Below, piece by piece: positions 25,390 to 37,761 of a stretch of DNA of 64,000 nt. This DNA comes from Pseudovirgaria hyperparasitica (lineage: Eukaryota): NCBI GenBank assembly GCA_010093815.1, contig ML996584.1; one strand, written 5' to 3'. The position numbers were made by a program, and so were the translations under genes. Position 1 is the first letter of the stretch. Each line of letters opens with the position of its first letter. The notes under the pieces are model-generated. The model made no database searches. It saw only the letters and a program-made list of their open reading frames with translations, and had not been told where the DNA came from.

Positions 25390-25839
25390 TATTGGCGTTG
25401 AGTACGGCAGTCAACTCCGGCATTTTGACACTGAGCGCATCTCACCCCTTCTTGGAGTAGTTCTCAAGAATGAGCCCGATGATTTCATGGGACAATTCGC
25501 CGCCTCCTTCCAGTAAACGCTGAAGCTATATAACACAGGCAGCTTCGCGAACTCTACCGAACACCGTAAATATATGCATAGCGTGTCAAAGAAGGAACTA
25601 GGACAGACAGCTATACGTCGGGGTTCTCGGTTTTTCCGATGCCTACTTTGGAAGCATCCGAGTTTTTGGAGTTGGCTACTTTTAATGCAAAACCGTCCGA
25701 GAAACATGCTCAGATTGCGTTCGGAACACTGCGGTTCCTCCAACATATTCTTCAGCACTGCCTTGTCTTGAAAAAGACCAGTGGATCTCTGGATATCAGA
25801 TCATTTTCAGATGCTTCTTGGCATATCTTCTTCCGCTGA
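25390..25839 (+). mobile_element. Degenerate Ty1/copia retrotransposon fragment (RT C-terminus / RNase H start)
   Basis: 25639-25839 reads LATFNAKPSEKHAQIAFGTLRFLQHILQHCLVLKKTSGSLDIRSFSDASW. This matches the copia pattern LSrF..nP...H..aakrvLRYL......L.......l.gySDAdW. Upstream frames are broken by stops and frameshifts. Confidence 0.6.
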
Positions 25840-26181
25840 ATGGAAAGCACAATTGCCTGGTCAAGCAAGAGTCAATTACTGCCTGTATAATAGTACCATA
25901 GAACATCTCAATTCCAACACGTCCTGATACCTGTTTCTCAGCTCCGCTACCACACAGATTTCCCCTTTGCTCCATTCTAGTCTATCCTCATATGTAGCCT
26001 CCAGAAATCTGTTTTTTTATGTTAGACTTGTACTTATTGTTCGGAGGGCACGCAGGCTCACATGTACTGATCTCCCCCTGTATGGATGCATAGTGCAGGT
26101 CGGGTATATACCATGGTGAATAACACATATACAGACACTCACTAGAGCCAGATTCTGCAAACTTCTCCAGATATCTATCAT

Positions 26182-27066
26182 CTACTACTACTACTACTAC
26201 TACTACAGAATAACATCCCGGTAGAAAAGATTATACCGTTCTCATTTCGATATGAACAATCGACCAATTGACTAATTGTTCCAAGCGACCCAAGCAATCC
26301 AAGCAATTCAAGTGATAAGATCAACGTGCTCTCGTCCTCTCACCGCTCAGCCTCCTTACGGGAGTAGTAAGCAAGCGGCAAAGCAGCAAGCAGTGCTCTC
26401 GAAACAGTCCCATTTGCCCTTTGCATCTGCCTCTGCCTCTTGCCTTTTGCCTCTGCCTTTTGCCTCTGCCTTTTGCCTCTGCCTTTTGCCTCTGCCTTTT
26501 GCCTCTGCCTCTTGCCATTACCTCTTACCCTAGCCTTCCTTGGCCGTGAAAGAGAGAAAGAGAGAAAGAGAGAGAGAGAGAAAGAGAGAAAGAGAGAGAG
26601 AAAAAGAACGAACGCAAAAAAAGCCCAAAAATAAAGAAAGACCAAAATCCCAAAAAAAAACGAAGAAAGAATCAGAGGCCAAAAAAAGGGATCAAATAAA
26701 TATATATAGATAGATATATAGCTAAATACACACAACAAACCAAAACAAGACAAGACGGATATTTCCTCCCCCCTCCTAGCCCTCCTTCCTGTCCCCTTTG
26801 CCCCTCCTATTCTCTCTCCCTCTGCTTTCCTACAATATCCATATCCAAATCCAAATCCAAATCCAAATCCAAATCCAAATCCAAAACCAAATCCAACCCC
26901 CCCTTATCATCCACTTTCTTCCCCTCTCTCTCCCCCAAACTCTTTCTCTCTTCTACATCCATCCTATTTCCATCCTAAATCGAGCAGTAAAAAGAAAGGT
27001 GAAAAAAAAAGGACAAGGAAACCGTCTTCAGCTTTAAAGCTCAGAGATACATGCGCATATGCCCAC

Positions 27067-27107
<41 letters not shown>

Positions 27108-27550
27108 CAAGGCTCCAAAAAAAGCCCCCTCGTCTTCCCTCTTCCCTTCTCCCTCCTCCTTCCCCCAATACCCCTCTCGCCACCTCTCCTCCCCTTCCAT
27201 CTAGGACGGAGAAGCAAGCGCGCGAAAAAGAGAAAAGAGAGAAACCAGGAAAAAAAAAAAGAAAAACAGAAGAGGAAAACAGAACAAGAACATGTAAATG
27301 CCGCTACGTTTCCATCGTAAGAGTCGTTGTTGTTGAAAAAAAAAGATTTTTTCGCTTTTTAAAAATTACCAACTCTGCCAACCCACCCCCAAAATCCCGA
27401 TCGGCCTCCACCATCCACCCAACCACCCCCTTTTTTACCACACGGAAAAACAATAAGATGTTCCGGATTCACCATGCTGCTAACCCACGTCGCTGAATGC
27501 TGCTGTTGGTTGTTATATTTTATTTGTTCGGCCGCCGCCGCCGCCGCCGC
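26182..27550. repeat. Cluster of microsatellites and purine/pyrimidine tracts
   Basis: (CTA)8 at 26182-26205; TGCCTC/TGCCTTT array at ~26415-26515; AG-rich tract at ~26550-26600; (ATCCAA)n at ~26843-26896; (CA)n at ~27075-27103; (CCG)6 at ~27532-27550; several poly-A runs. Confidence 0.9.
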
Positions 27551-27587
27551 TTATGCATCGCAGGGTTTCGCGTAAAAAACTTCTCGC

Positions 27588-30500
27588 TTAAAATGTCTCG
27601 CTTTCGAAGCTATCGCGGTAACTCGGGATACTCTCTGCAAGAAAAGGCCAAGAATCAGCAAACACGCCCAGACCAAAACTATAAACAACAATAATCCCCT
27701 AGCGCAAGAACCTTCTCATAAAGGACTTACCAGCATCTGCTTCCCTTGCGCTTACTGGCTTCCTCCGTACCGTGCCAATGTTGGCAGCAGGTGTGTTGCC
27801 GCTTCCACTCGTGGCGCCTTGGCCGCTTGTCGTCCTCATCGGGCGTGGCCCCGTGATTTTGCGCGATGGCGAGCTCATGCCTTGGCTCTTGTGTAGACTG
27901 GGGCTGGGCGTGAGGACTTGTCTGTCCGTTTCCAGGCTGTACCTGACCTCCTGGATGGGCTCAAGCGGTGCGAGATGGCCCTGTGAGTACGGTGATGAGT
28001 AGCCTTCGTAACTGCTGCCATACGAACGGCTCGGTGCCGATTGCTCGACTGACACCTTTGGTGCGATTGCTGATTGCTGCTGCTGCTTTGAAGGTGCCTG
28101 AGCTTGTTCGCTTGCCGAATGTCCGCTGTATCCGCCTTCGGAATCGATCGGGCTTAGACTGCGGCCATGGGTGTATCTTTCTGAGCCGCCGCTCAAGCGA
28201 TTGTTACGCCCTAGCACAAGGCTAGGATTTGACCCCCACTGATCAAACTTGTTGTCAAATTCGTCATCTTGTCCGTGTTCGGACCTGGGAGACAGCGGCA
28301 TGTTGCCAAAAGAGACAGCTTGGTTCTCCAGATGTCCAGTACGACGATGCGTCGGACCAGGACGAGGCTGCGGATGTTCGAGATTGAGTGAATTGCGATG
28401 AGCTTTGTACTTGGGATCATCATAATCCTCTTCAGGTATCAACGGTGAAGGAGATCTGCCTTGGCTGCCGCCAAGACTTCGCGCTTGACCTTCACCGAGA
28501 GTAGACTTTGAACGTAGGCGGTCATCGGGGTTCATTCGATAGTCATCATCATCATCATAAAAGTTCAGATCAGCCTGAGATCCAGACCGAGAATGATCAG
28601 AGTATATTTGACTCTTGCGATCTATACTGTTCCGCTCTGGGGCAGTAGACGTCGTCGTCTTGGACCATCGTGAGATCTTGGGTATACCAAAGATTGATGA
28701 TGAGCCGGATTTGTGTTTCCGTTTCGGTGTGTTCTCTTGGCTTTGCGCTGCAAACTGACCTGATGCTTGTGTTGGCGGACTGTTCTCGTGGATCTGCGCA
28801 CGCCGGACTTCTTGAGTTGGGGTAAGAAGTCGTTCGTTGTTCTCGAACCCGACATCCAAGGCACGAGCCTCGTGCTCGTCAAGAGTGTCCTCATCGCCCT
28901 CGAGTACAGTGCTAATGCGGTGCTCGGACCCGCGGCGCCCATCATAGCCAGAATGCATGGCACCGCCGGATTGTCGCAACGATGAAGGATTTGACAAGTA
29001 TCCTGAATGATTTGGCGTTGACGACGTACCGGCCTGTCCGTCAGGCTCATATCCTGCGTCGCCACTAGCTCTAAGGTTCTCGTAGGACGTGAGACTGTGA
29101 GATTGACTCCTGATTTGAGTAAGCTGAGGCTGAGAGGCCGTCTGCATCTCCTTTAATCCTTCAACTTCGCCCAACAATTGCACTAGCATATTCTCGATGT
29201 TAGCCATGTCGTTGGTGCTCTTCGCGCTGAGACCTTTCAGGGCCCGCCTGAAAACATTGCGCCTCTTGGTCGGAAGATCCTCTGATCCATCATCTGTAGA
29301 AGCCTGTCGAGGTATGCGAGGAGATCCAAGCGGTTGTGGGCGAGGACCTTGCAGGATTTTCTGCTCGATACCCACTGCTTTTTGATTGGTGTTTTGCATG
29401 AGGGCAGCATCTTGTACCGCAATAAAACGTTTCATATCCTCGAATTGGTTGCGCATCTCGGCTGCACTGCGCACAAGCGTGACAAGGATCTCAGTATCGC
29501 GAGCATTACGTTGAGCATCTCGCACTGTGAGATGATCCATGAGGGCGACCACGTCCTTAGATTGGATTCTGTCCATGCCCCGACCCGTGGCACTGTCGTA
29601 AAGTGGGGACTCCATTCCGTGAGAATTCATACTCACATGTCTACCGTGCTTGCCAGTCGTGGCGGGACCGAAAGGATCGTCGGCAGCGATGTCAGGAGTG
29701 TATTGGCCTCCTTGTCTCGCGTCTGCATAGTAGTCCCGGACCTGAGAATCGGGCGTGATGGCACCAGCGTGAGCGGCAGAAATATAGCCTTCATCAAGTC
29801 GTAGACTTTGCGGACTGAAAGGATTCTTTGGGTGTGCTGTGGGTTCATCATCATAATCGTCCTCCACGCGAGCATTGTACTCATCCTCCAGAGAAGGTTC
29901 ATAGTTTTGCTGATCTGGAGAATGTTGGTCCTGGTCTCTTTGGATCCGAGCAGCGGCGGCCGCGGCAATACCTGCAGCAGTCGCAGCACCGGCACCAGCA
30001 AGAAGCGTTTTCCCTTGCCCATCGAACTGGTCGATATCCTTTCCTTGGGAAGCGTTGCCTTTCAACGGCGTCACCTCGAGAGGCCAATGAGCCCTATCGC
30101 CTCCATAGTGCTCGCCGCCTAGTGGCCCTTGTATGATTGACGGATTAGTAGTAACCTCGGACTGCTCGTCACTATCGAAACCGTGGCCTATCTCAGGCAT
30201 AGGGTCATGAGCCAGTGGGAGCGCATTTGCAGAAAAATCGATAGGTTCTTCCTGCTCCTCGTGGGCGGAGTGATTGACACTCTGTTGCGGAGAGTTGTGG
30301 GAATTATGCTGCGAGTTCGACTTTGATGAAGACAAAGATCGCGCTGCTTGCTCCTTCAAGGTGCTCCATCTCTCCTTTGTAGGACTCAGTCGACTGGACG
30401 GATCTGCTTCTCTCGTAGTTTGGGGAGATGGCAATTCTTTGGCGAGCTGATCCTCATAGGTAGAATACGCAGAAAAATGACTCTTCTTCTGAGGGCTCAT

Positions 30501-32990
30501 TTCTGACGACTGCCCGCTGACATTCGATGGCTCGTGTAGGGACGCGACAGCAGATTCAACGGCAACTGGAGTGCGCACGTACTCTGGAATCGCACCCACT
30601 CCTCGAATGTCCTGGCCAGCAGTCATCCTATCCATGAAAGGACCGTCGACACTGTCGTCAGTGTATCCGGTATTTCGTTTATAGCTCGTAGGTGATTCGC
30701 CTGCCTCTTCAAGCTCTCGCCGATATCGTTCATTTTCCTCATGGTTTACTTGAAAGAATTCATCGGCCTCCTTTCCAGGTGTTCCATGGTCGCCGCGATC
30801 CCCTAGGATCATACTTGGAGTCTCCAGGGTGACTGCCTTGGGTCGTTCTTTAGCACGTGGCATCTTATAGCTCGGAGTTGAGGTCGCAGAATTCATAGAC
30901 ATATTTGAGTGTTTCCTGTCATAGCCTCTCCCGAGGGACGATACAGATAAAGGACTGCGAGGCGAGTCAACATACTCGCGTCGACCGCCTTGAACGTGTT
31001 CCTCTCTATAGCTGGCATCGCTTTGTACAGGACTGACTTCCCTCGTTGGAGTATACTGAGTGTAGTCGCGATTGATATCCTGCTTTTCTGTAGCATGAGA
31101 TAGTGTTACAGCCCCAGTAACTCCTGCAGCAGTAATTGCGGCAGTCTTTGATCCGGACAAGCTCCGATCGCTTTTGGCACTCCTTGGTAGACTTCCCAGG
31201 GAACGATTGCTGTGCTGGCTATATAAACCCCTCGAGAGAGCGGCAGGAGTTCTTGTTGGTGTCTGAGGATCTGGAGATGTGACAGCGCCGGCTGAGCCAC
31301 GAGAGACTTCGCGGACAGGCGTGTGCTCCCCTTGCGAAGACACTGAACGACGACGACGCTCGGTGCCTGACGACATAATCGAATCCCGGGTAACCTCAGA
31401 ACCGTGCAGAGTGCTTTGCATGGGCATTGGAGGTATGTGTTCATCTCGTTCGGTCCGGCCAACACTCTCAGAGATGCTCGCGCTTCTGCTTCGACTACTG
31501 CTACGATGCTTTCTGTGGTGCTTGCGGTCGACACTTTCTTTGGAGTCATGATGTTTCAGCGCGGCAGCTGTCAGACCAGCACCTATCAGACCAGCTGCTG
31601 CGACCTCACCCTTGGATCGGTGCCGGCTGCCACTGCTCTTCCTACTCTCTGACCGTGATTCTGGTCGCGAATCGCTGGAATCACGACTTGATCTTCTGTG
31701 CTTCCTGCCTTTGATAGAATCGCTAGAGAGCACTACGCCAGGATCATCACCATCTCGGTTGAGCACAACCTTAGGCCTCGATTTAGACATGTCCGGAGCG
31801 CTGGCATGCTTTGACACGCGGCGTTTGAGCTCATCTCGGGAGCTGTACGATCCAACCGAATCTCGTGCAGCCGCCTTCTCGAACTTATCTCTGTTCTTCT
31901 GCGTCTTTTGTTCCTCCTTCAGGGCGTTCAGCTCGGGCAAGATCAATCTTCGTATAGCGTCTTCGACGGTTTGTAAAAGCTTTGGATTGTTGATCGAGGA
32001 CGCTGCCGATACGCCAGATCGCATTGATATGGATTCTCCAGATTTGCGATTCGCATTCGAAGACACAAGGCTCGACTCGGCACTGCCACTTAAGTCGTCG
32101 CCTTTGTGAGACCTACCAGTTCTTCGTGGCGAACTGACGCCTCCGGCTGCGACATCATCTCTGCTTGACTTTCGTCTGCTGGAAGCCTTGACGTCTTTTG
32201 TCACATTCATAGACTCTGCAGGTTTCGCAGTCAACTTCTCCATGACCTTCTGTGTGATGCGCTCGCGACTCAGACTCCTACTACGCTTACGATCTGGCGC
32301 TTTCAATGAGTCCTTGATGATGACCTCTTCCTTCTCTAGGTCACGCTCCAAGCTCTGGCTCCGCCTGCGAGTGATTATGGGAACGAGTGGTCCGTCCAGA
32401 GTGCTGTCCGGTGGCATGGATGATATGGCTGAATCTGTAGGTAGTCGGTGACTCGCAGAAATATCCGACTGCGAGAGATCGCTTGCGTTCTGCAAGACTT
32501 CCACCTCTACCGGCGGCCGATCCGAAATAGCAGATTCGCCCGAATAAGAAAGTTCAGTCGCCTCCCCAGCCTTCTCGTCGGCAGCCTTGTTGCCTAAGGA
32601 TATGCGCCTCGTATACGAAGGCTTCCTGTCTTTCCCAAGCTCTGTGACGCGTAGCTGATCACTTGCGGTTCTTGATCTCTTGTGCGAAGAAGGAGTCACC
32701 CGGACCCGGACGCTCGGTCGTGAATGAACCTTGTCCCCTGTTTTTGCGGCTTCGAAATATTCGATTAGAAGGGATGTCTGGGAGTGATTTGTATGTTTTG
32801 TGAGCGCTCCGTCCTTGTGTCGTTTTGTTGCGATTGTTACCGGACTGCCGTCCTCGGGTATGGAATATGAAGTCTTGTCTGTGGCACGAGATAGATCTGT
32901 AGCTAGGTCGTCGGTAGTGTTGTTTCCGTTATCGACGGAACTGAGGTCTGTGGGAGCTGGTAAGGGAGGTTTGCGCGTGTCTACGCCCAT
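27588..32990 (-). CDS. Large (about 1770 aa) Ser/Arg-rich, mostly disordered hypothetical protein with short helical/coiled-coil islands
   Basis: 5.3 kb open frame. Terminal intron 27730-27635 (GTAAGT...CTGAT...TGCAG) gives the C-terminus DAESIPSYRDSFESETF*. Ordered islands: SQTSLLIEYFE, TVEDAIRRLILPEL and ALMDHLTVRDAQRNARDTEILVTLVRSAAEMR. Confidence 0.88.
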
Positions 32991-35000
32991 CGTGAGGTTT
33001 GGCGCAAGATGTCAGAGGAGAGTGGCGCTCGAGCACATGGATGGCAGGTAGTGAAGTGGTATGAGAGGTTCTATGGCGGCGGCAATGCGGAAAGTCGCGG
33101 GATCGAGAGTGGTAGATTCAGAGCAGGCTGTCAGAGATATGAAGCTATGTTGCTGTAGCTGAAGTGGTATCGTTCTCGAGATTTGCAATTCTCCACTGTG
33201 GAGGGATGTGCACGGATGGCGGAGACAATCGCCTTTAAGCCGCAGACTCAACGACAACACACAGCTCCCGCCTCAACACCAGCAGAACAGAGAGCAATGT
33301 TGGTGAAGAAGACTAGAGCATTTTCGTGTGATTTATGAGCAGAGCTAGCTTGCGACCTTCACAGAGGGATGTTCGCAGGGAGCAGATGTCGAGGTAATAG
33401 TGGGTTGTTGATATGGTGCTCGGTCGGTGCAGGCTGCGGTCACGATGCCGGGTTGCGAACAAAGGCCCTATCGTCGGAGAATTGGATGAAAACGGCTAAC
33501 GGCGATAGCTGAGCACGCTTTTGTGTGGGATGCTGGGACCGGTGGATATAGGGATAAGAGAATGCAGGATCGCAGCAGAAGTATTTGGGCGAAAATGATG
33601 CAAAAAGTAAAAGGTCGAGCGACAAACAACAAAAGTCGGGGGACAGTAGAGGGCAGACGGGGAGGAAGGGCACTAATTCCTGGGCAACAGGGCACTTGTT
33701 GCTTGAGAGAGCGAGCAGTGTAGGGACTTGCAGGACTTGCTGAGTGATGGATGGAGCTGTGTGGGTCGACAACAATGCGCGCTTGGACCTGGCTCGGTGG
33801 GCAGCGGGCTGGGGCACAGCGATCAAAGAGCGATCAAGCGATCAGACTTCGGATTCAGTAGTTAATTAGTTCATGGCTATTATGTCAAAGTAAGCGCAGC
33901 ACAGCAGTATAATCGGTAATATAGAAAGTGATATAGAAGTCCGTAACCAATGGAATGAATCAACAGCTGTAGTACGAGAATATACACTCAGATGTCTGCT
34001 TCCCAGCCTCAGCCCCAGCCACCCTACCCGCACCGCCACAGATGGAGCTGCGGTTGCTCGGGCGGCCGTACCACAGTTTTTTGCTATATCATACTATTAT
34101 AGTGTCTACAAAATATCACCAATCTATAGCCATGTCCACACATCTGTCTGAGCCATGGATCGTCGACATTCTCTCACCGGCAGCATCAAAGGCTCATACA
34201 TGCTTGCACTTTTATGTCTTGAGATCTTGATTCCGCCGTTCTGTTGCCTTACGAGAGAGACCCTTGCTCCGAGAGCAATGCATGCCAGCAATGCACCTCT
34301 TCTTGACGCCATACTCGACGCCTATTGGATCGTGATGCTTGGTCTATCCATGTCTTGAAATGGAGGTGCTGCTTGATCAAGATTTCCCTTTGCTGACTTC
34401 GCTTGACCGCTCCTATTATGTACCATCAACCACACGCTGCCCAAGGTGGTGTGCTATGGATATCAGTAGCAGATGTCTAGAGCAATTTGCATTTCGCATC
34501 GCATCATCTCACCTCTCCATACTTAATGGGTGCAGCAGCATACATGAATCACAGTAGTAGACTCGTACTTCCCCAAACATCTCCGTTTCTAGGCCAACCT
34601 TTCATCTAGCCTCGCGCCTTAAGCCTTGAGGGAAAGGGCCGTATCGCCGGCCGCTGGGCTGAGTGCTGAACATGCTTAAGCGCGACTTTTTGGGGGTGCG
34701 TGGCCTGTCATTGGCCAGCCTGCCCATCCACCACAACTTGACAACTCATCAAAAGACAATCTCGAGCTTTGCACTGTGCGCGGAAAACCTATGGTGCACC
34801 GCCTACGCGCGCCCGTCACACCGTTGAACAACATCTAACTATCGGAAGAAGCCCAGAAGGACAAAAGTCCACCTGAACCAATCACAGATACAATGTCCGG
34901 TGGCCATGAAGAAAACAAAATCTTTTTTTGTGCCGACTTGCGCCAACGCTACTGAATTGTTCCTCCGTCTCCGGCCAGAACGAATCTATCCCACGTCCTA

Positions 35001-36835
35001 TTAGTCCCTCTCTCCCTCAAACCGTTTCTTTCCAAATTTCTTCACCTGTTTAGGCTGACTGCCATATGCTCTCCTGCCCTCTTGCTTGTTTCGGCTCATG
35101 CTTGCTCCGAGCTGGATATCTACCCGTGGCGGTGTCGAGAAACCAAAGGACTTTGCCACTTTCACCAAATCAAGCTTTGATATGTCGAACACTGACCGCA
35201 GGCTGTGTGATGCGTACGCGTGCAAATATGACCGATATCCGTCTTTGGCAGACTATCCCTCACGTTAGTTCAAGCCAAGGTGTGGCAAGCATGCGATATT
35301 CCATACCTGGTTCAAATAGTAATTCTTGCTAATCAGATCCTCAAGTCCTTTCTGGATGTTGATGATTTTTTTCGGCGGCAGCTCGAACTCAACGAGTGGA
35401 ACACGCTCGTCCTTCAATATCTTCAAGAAGCCCACCTCCGAGGGCAAAAGGAACATAAGGCTTCGTCCCTTGCCGTTTGCGCCTCTGGCTGTGCGGCCAA
35501 CACGGTGAATGTAGTCGCGGGGATCGTCTGGAGGATCGAATTGAATGATCCAGTCGACGGCTGGAATGTCGAGGCCTCGAGCAGCCACGTCTGTGCATAT
35601 CAGTGTCCCGTGATCAGTGTTGCAGAACTCAAAGAAGGTATTTGTCCGCTTTTGTTGCTTGAGCTTCCCGTGTAGGTCCAATACCGGCAGATCAATGTAA
35701 TTGAGAAGTTCGGCGTAAAACTTGACCGAATTACAACTGCTGAAGAAGACAATGATCTTCTTTTTCTGATGCTTCTTCAAGAACGAAAACAGCAAGCGGA
35801 AGCGGTTGTCCGAGTCGCAAAGAATGTAGCCTTGCTCTAGACCTTCGACTGTGCTGTGCTCTTTCCGATGATCCACATTGATGTATAATGGGCCAGGTCG
35901 AAGTGATATGCGCGCGAGATCCTCGACTTTCGTCGTTTGCGTTGCTGAGAACAACATGGTCTGCCGTTCCTCCTTTGGTAGAATTTTGACAATCTGCCGC
36001 ATTTCGTCTTCGAAACCAACGTCCAAGATGCGGTCTGCCTCATCTATGACCAATGCGCGGATATTCTTGAAGACAAAGCCAGGTGTGTTTTGCAGGTGAT
36101 CCAAAAGTCGTCCGGGCGTGGCGATGAGAAGGTTGATACCTTTACCGAGCTTCTCAACTTCCGCTCTGCGATTTGCGCCGCCCATAACTATGCCGAATGT
36201 TTGTGAGTGCTTCTCCATCAACTCGCGGGCTACACCAAAAATCTGAAGCGCCAACTCTCGAGTAGGCGAGACAACAATCACACCGGTACCTGTACCAGAT
36301 TAGTATTTCCTCTGAGGTAGAAAAGGTACAGAAGCTTACCATTGCGTGGCTTGAACCTGAGAGAACTCAGCATTTCCACTGCAGGAATCAAAAAAGCCAG
36401 AGTCTTTCCCGAGCCTGTTTTCGCGGCACCCAGCACATCTTTGCCCGCTAACAGGGGCGGGATACCTCGCTGCTGTATCTCTGTCAACTTCTCAAACCCC
36501 ATCTCTTGAATGGCTTCCATGGTCTTTGCTGACAGACCAAGCTCGTCAAATTTCTGAGGTTCGGCACTTATTGCAGGCAAGGACGCAACGGAAGGCAATT
36601 CTGGTATTGGGATTGTCTCAGCCTCCTCCTCGCCGGCGTCGTTGAAATGCACCGGAGCATTCTCAGCTCCAGTGTCAGAACCACCCATATCTGCTTCACT
36701 TGTTCTCGCCTTCTTTCGTGGAAGAATGGGCACGTCTGCCACTGCGGTCGGCGCAGTCTCTTGCGAGTCGCCATTGTGAGACTTGGATTGATGCTTTCGC
36801 TTCCTCTTTTTCGACTCGGTTTCTATGGGAGGCAT
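35001..36835 (-). CDS. HAS1: ATP-dependent DEAD-box RNA helicase Has1 (DDX18), ribosome biogenesis
   Basis: Exons 36835-36340, 36289-35307 and 35252-35001. Motifs [46 protein letters not shown] and AYASHSL. Confidence 0.96.
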
Positions 36836-37761
36836 TTTCAGATGTGAAGTGGGGATTCTTGAGACTGTTATTAGGTCCCGTCACGAACCTATGTAGACGG
36901 AAATGTGCAAGGAAAAAGTTGGCGCACGGGCTAATATGTAATCTAATCTAATCTGAATCTGATCTGGATAAACCACGTCACGTGTCTACATCCATCTCTC
37001 TGCGGACGGCCAACCCGGGCGAAAATGAACCCAAATAATAGAGAGAGCACCTACTTACCTACCCAGGTCCCTGGCCAGACACCTGCTTTAAGTTAAACAA
37101 GTGGGCAGTATTCGCTCCATTTCTAGAATCAAAAGCACTTCCGCTCCTTCCTTATGTCGTCCAGTCTCACAGTGATGGACGAAGTGCAAATGGAAGAAGT
37201 GTTACATAAATCATAATTAATTATTACTTTTCTCGGTTCATTATGCCAGCTCTGTGGCCGCATTGCCACGTTGGTAGTTGGTATATAGTACATTATGACC
37301 GTACAAACAAAGATAATCCCAAGACGAACAATTCCTCTTCTATCCAGAAGCAGTCCAAGGCAGCCGATTGATCGGTAATAGACGGAGGCAGACAGCCATG
37401 AATCACTGGAGCACTTCTTTGTTCTGTGCTCTGCGCTACTACCTTTGCTCTCAGTGCTTTGATCGACCCCGAGCCGCACTGCAGTTACCGTCGCCACAAG
37501 AGGAAGACCGACCCTATCAGGTTGCCCTGAGGAAAAGTCGCCTATCTTGTGATGACAGCAAAATTGGTATGACCCAGGGTGAAACCGAAGCAAATAAAAC
37601 AAGGGTAGTAATGTAGAGCACAAAGCAAACAAGCGCCACAGCGAAACAGAGAACCGCCTTGCCCACCGAAATTCCCAACCGCACAGCCACCGTGGACCGC
37701 TAACTCCTACCCAAGACTCCATCGACTTCCCCACCTCCCCCACCTCCCCCAACCCGTTGGC

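Noticed and set aside
26276..27496. ORFs with QIQIQ, HTHTH, SLSLF and GKRQRQ repeats
   Set aside because: Translation artefacts of microsatellites.
36955..36985. CTGATCTGGATAA resembling the TPP riboswitch P4/P5 region
   Set aside because: Lacks the CTGAGA motif and the closing CCAGCG..GG. It lies within a TAATC/TGATC repeat in the HAS1 promoter, unrelated to thiamine genes.
37129..37752. 207 aa minus-strand ORF
   Set aside because: TTG start 10 nt after the upstream stop codon and UTR-like composition. Probably the 3' UTR of the large gene.
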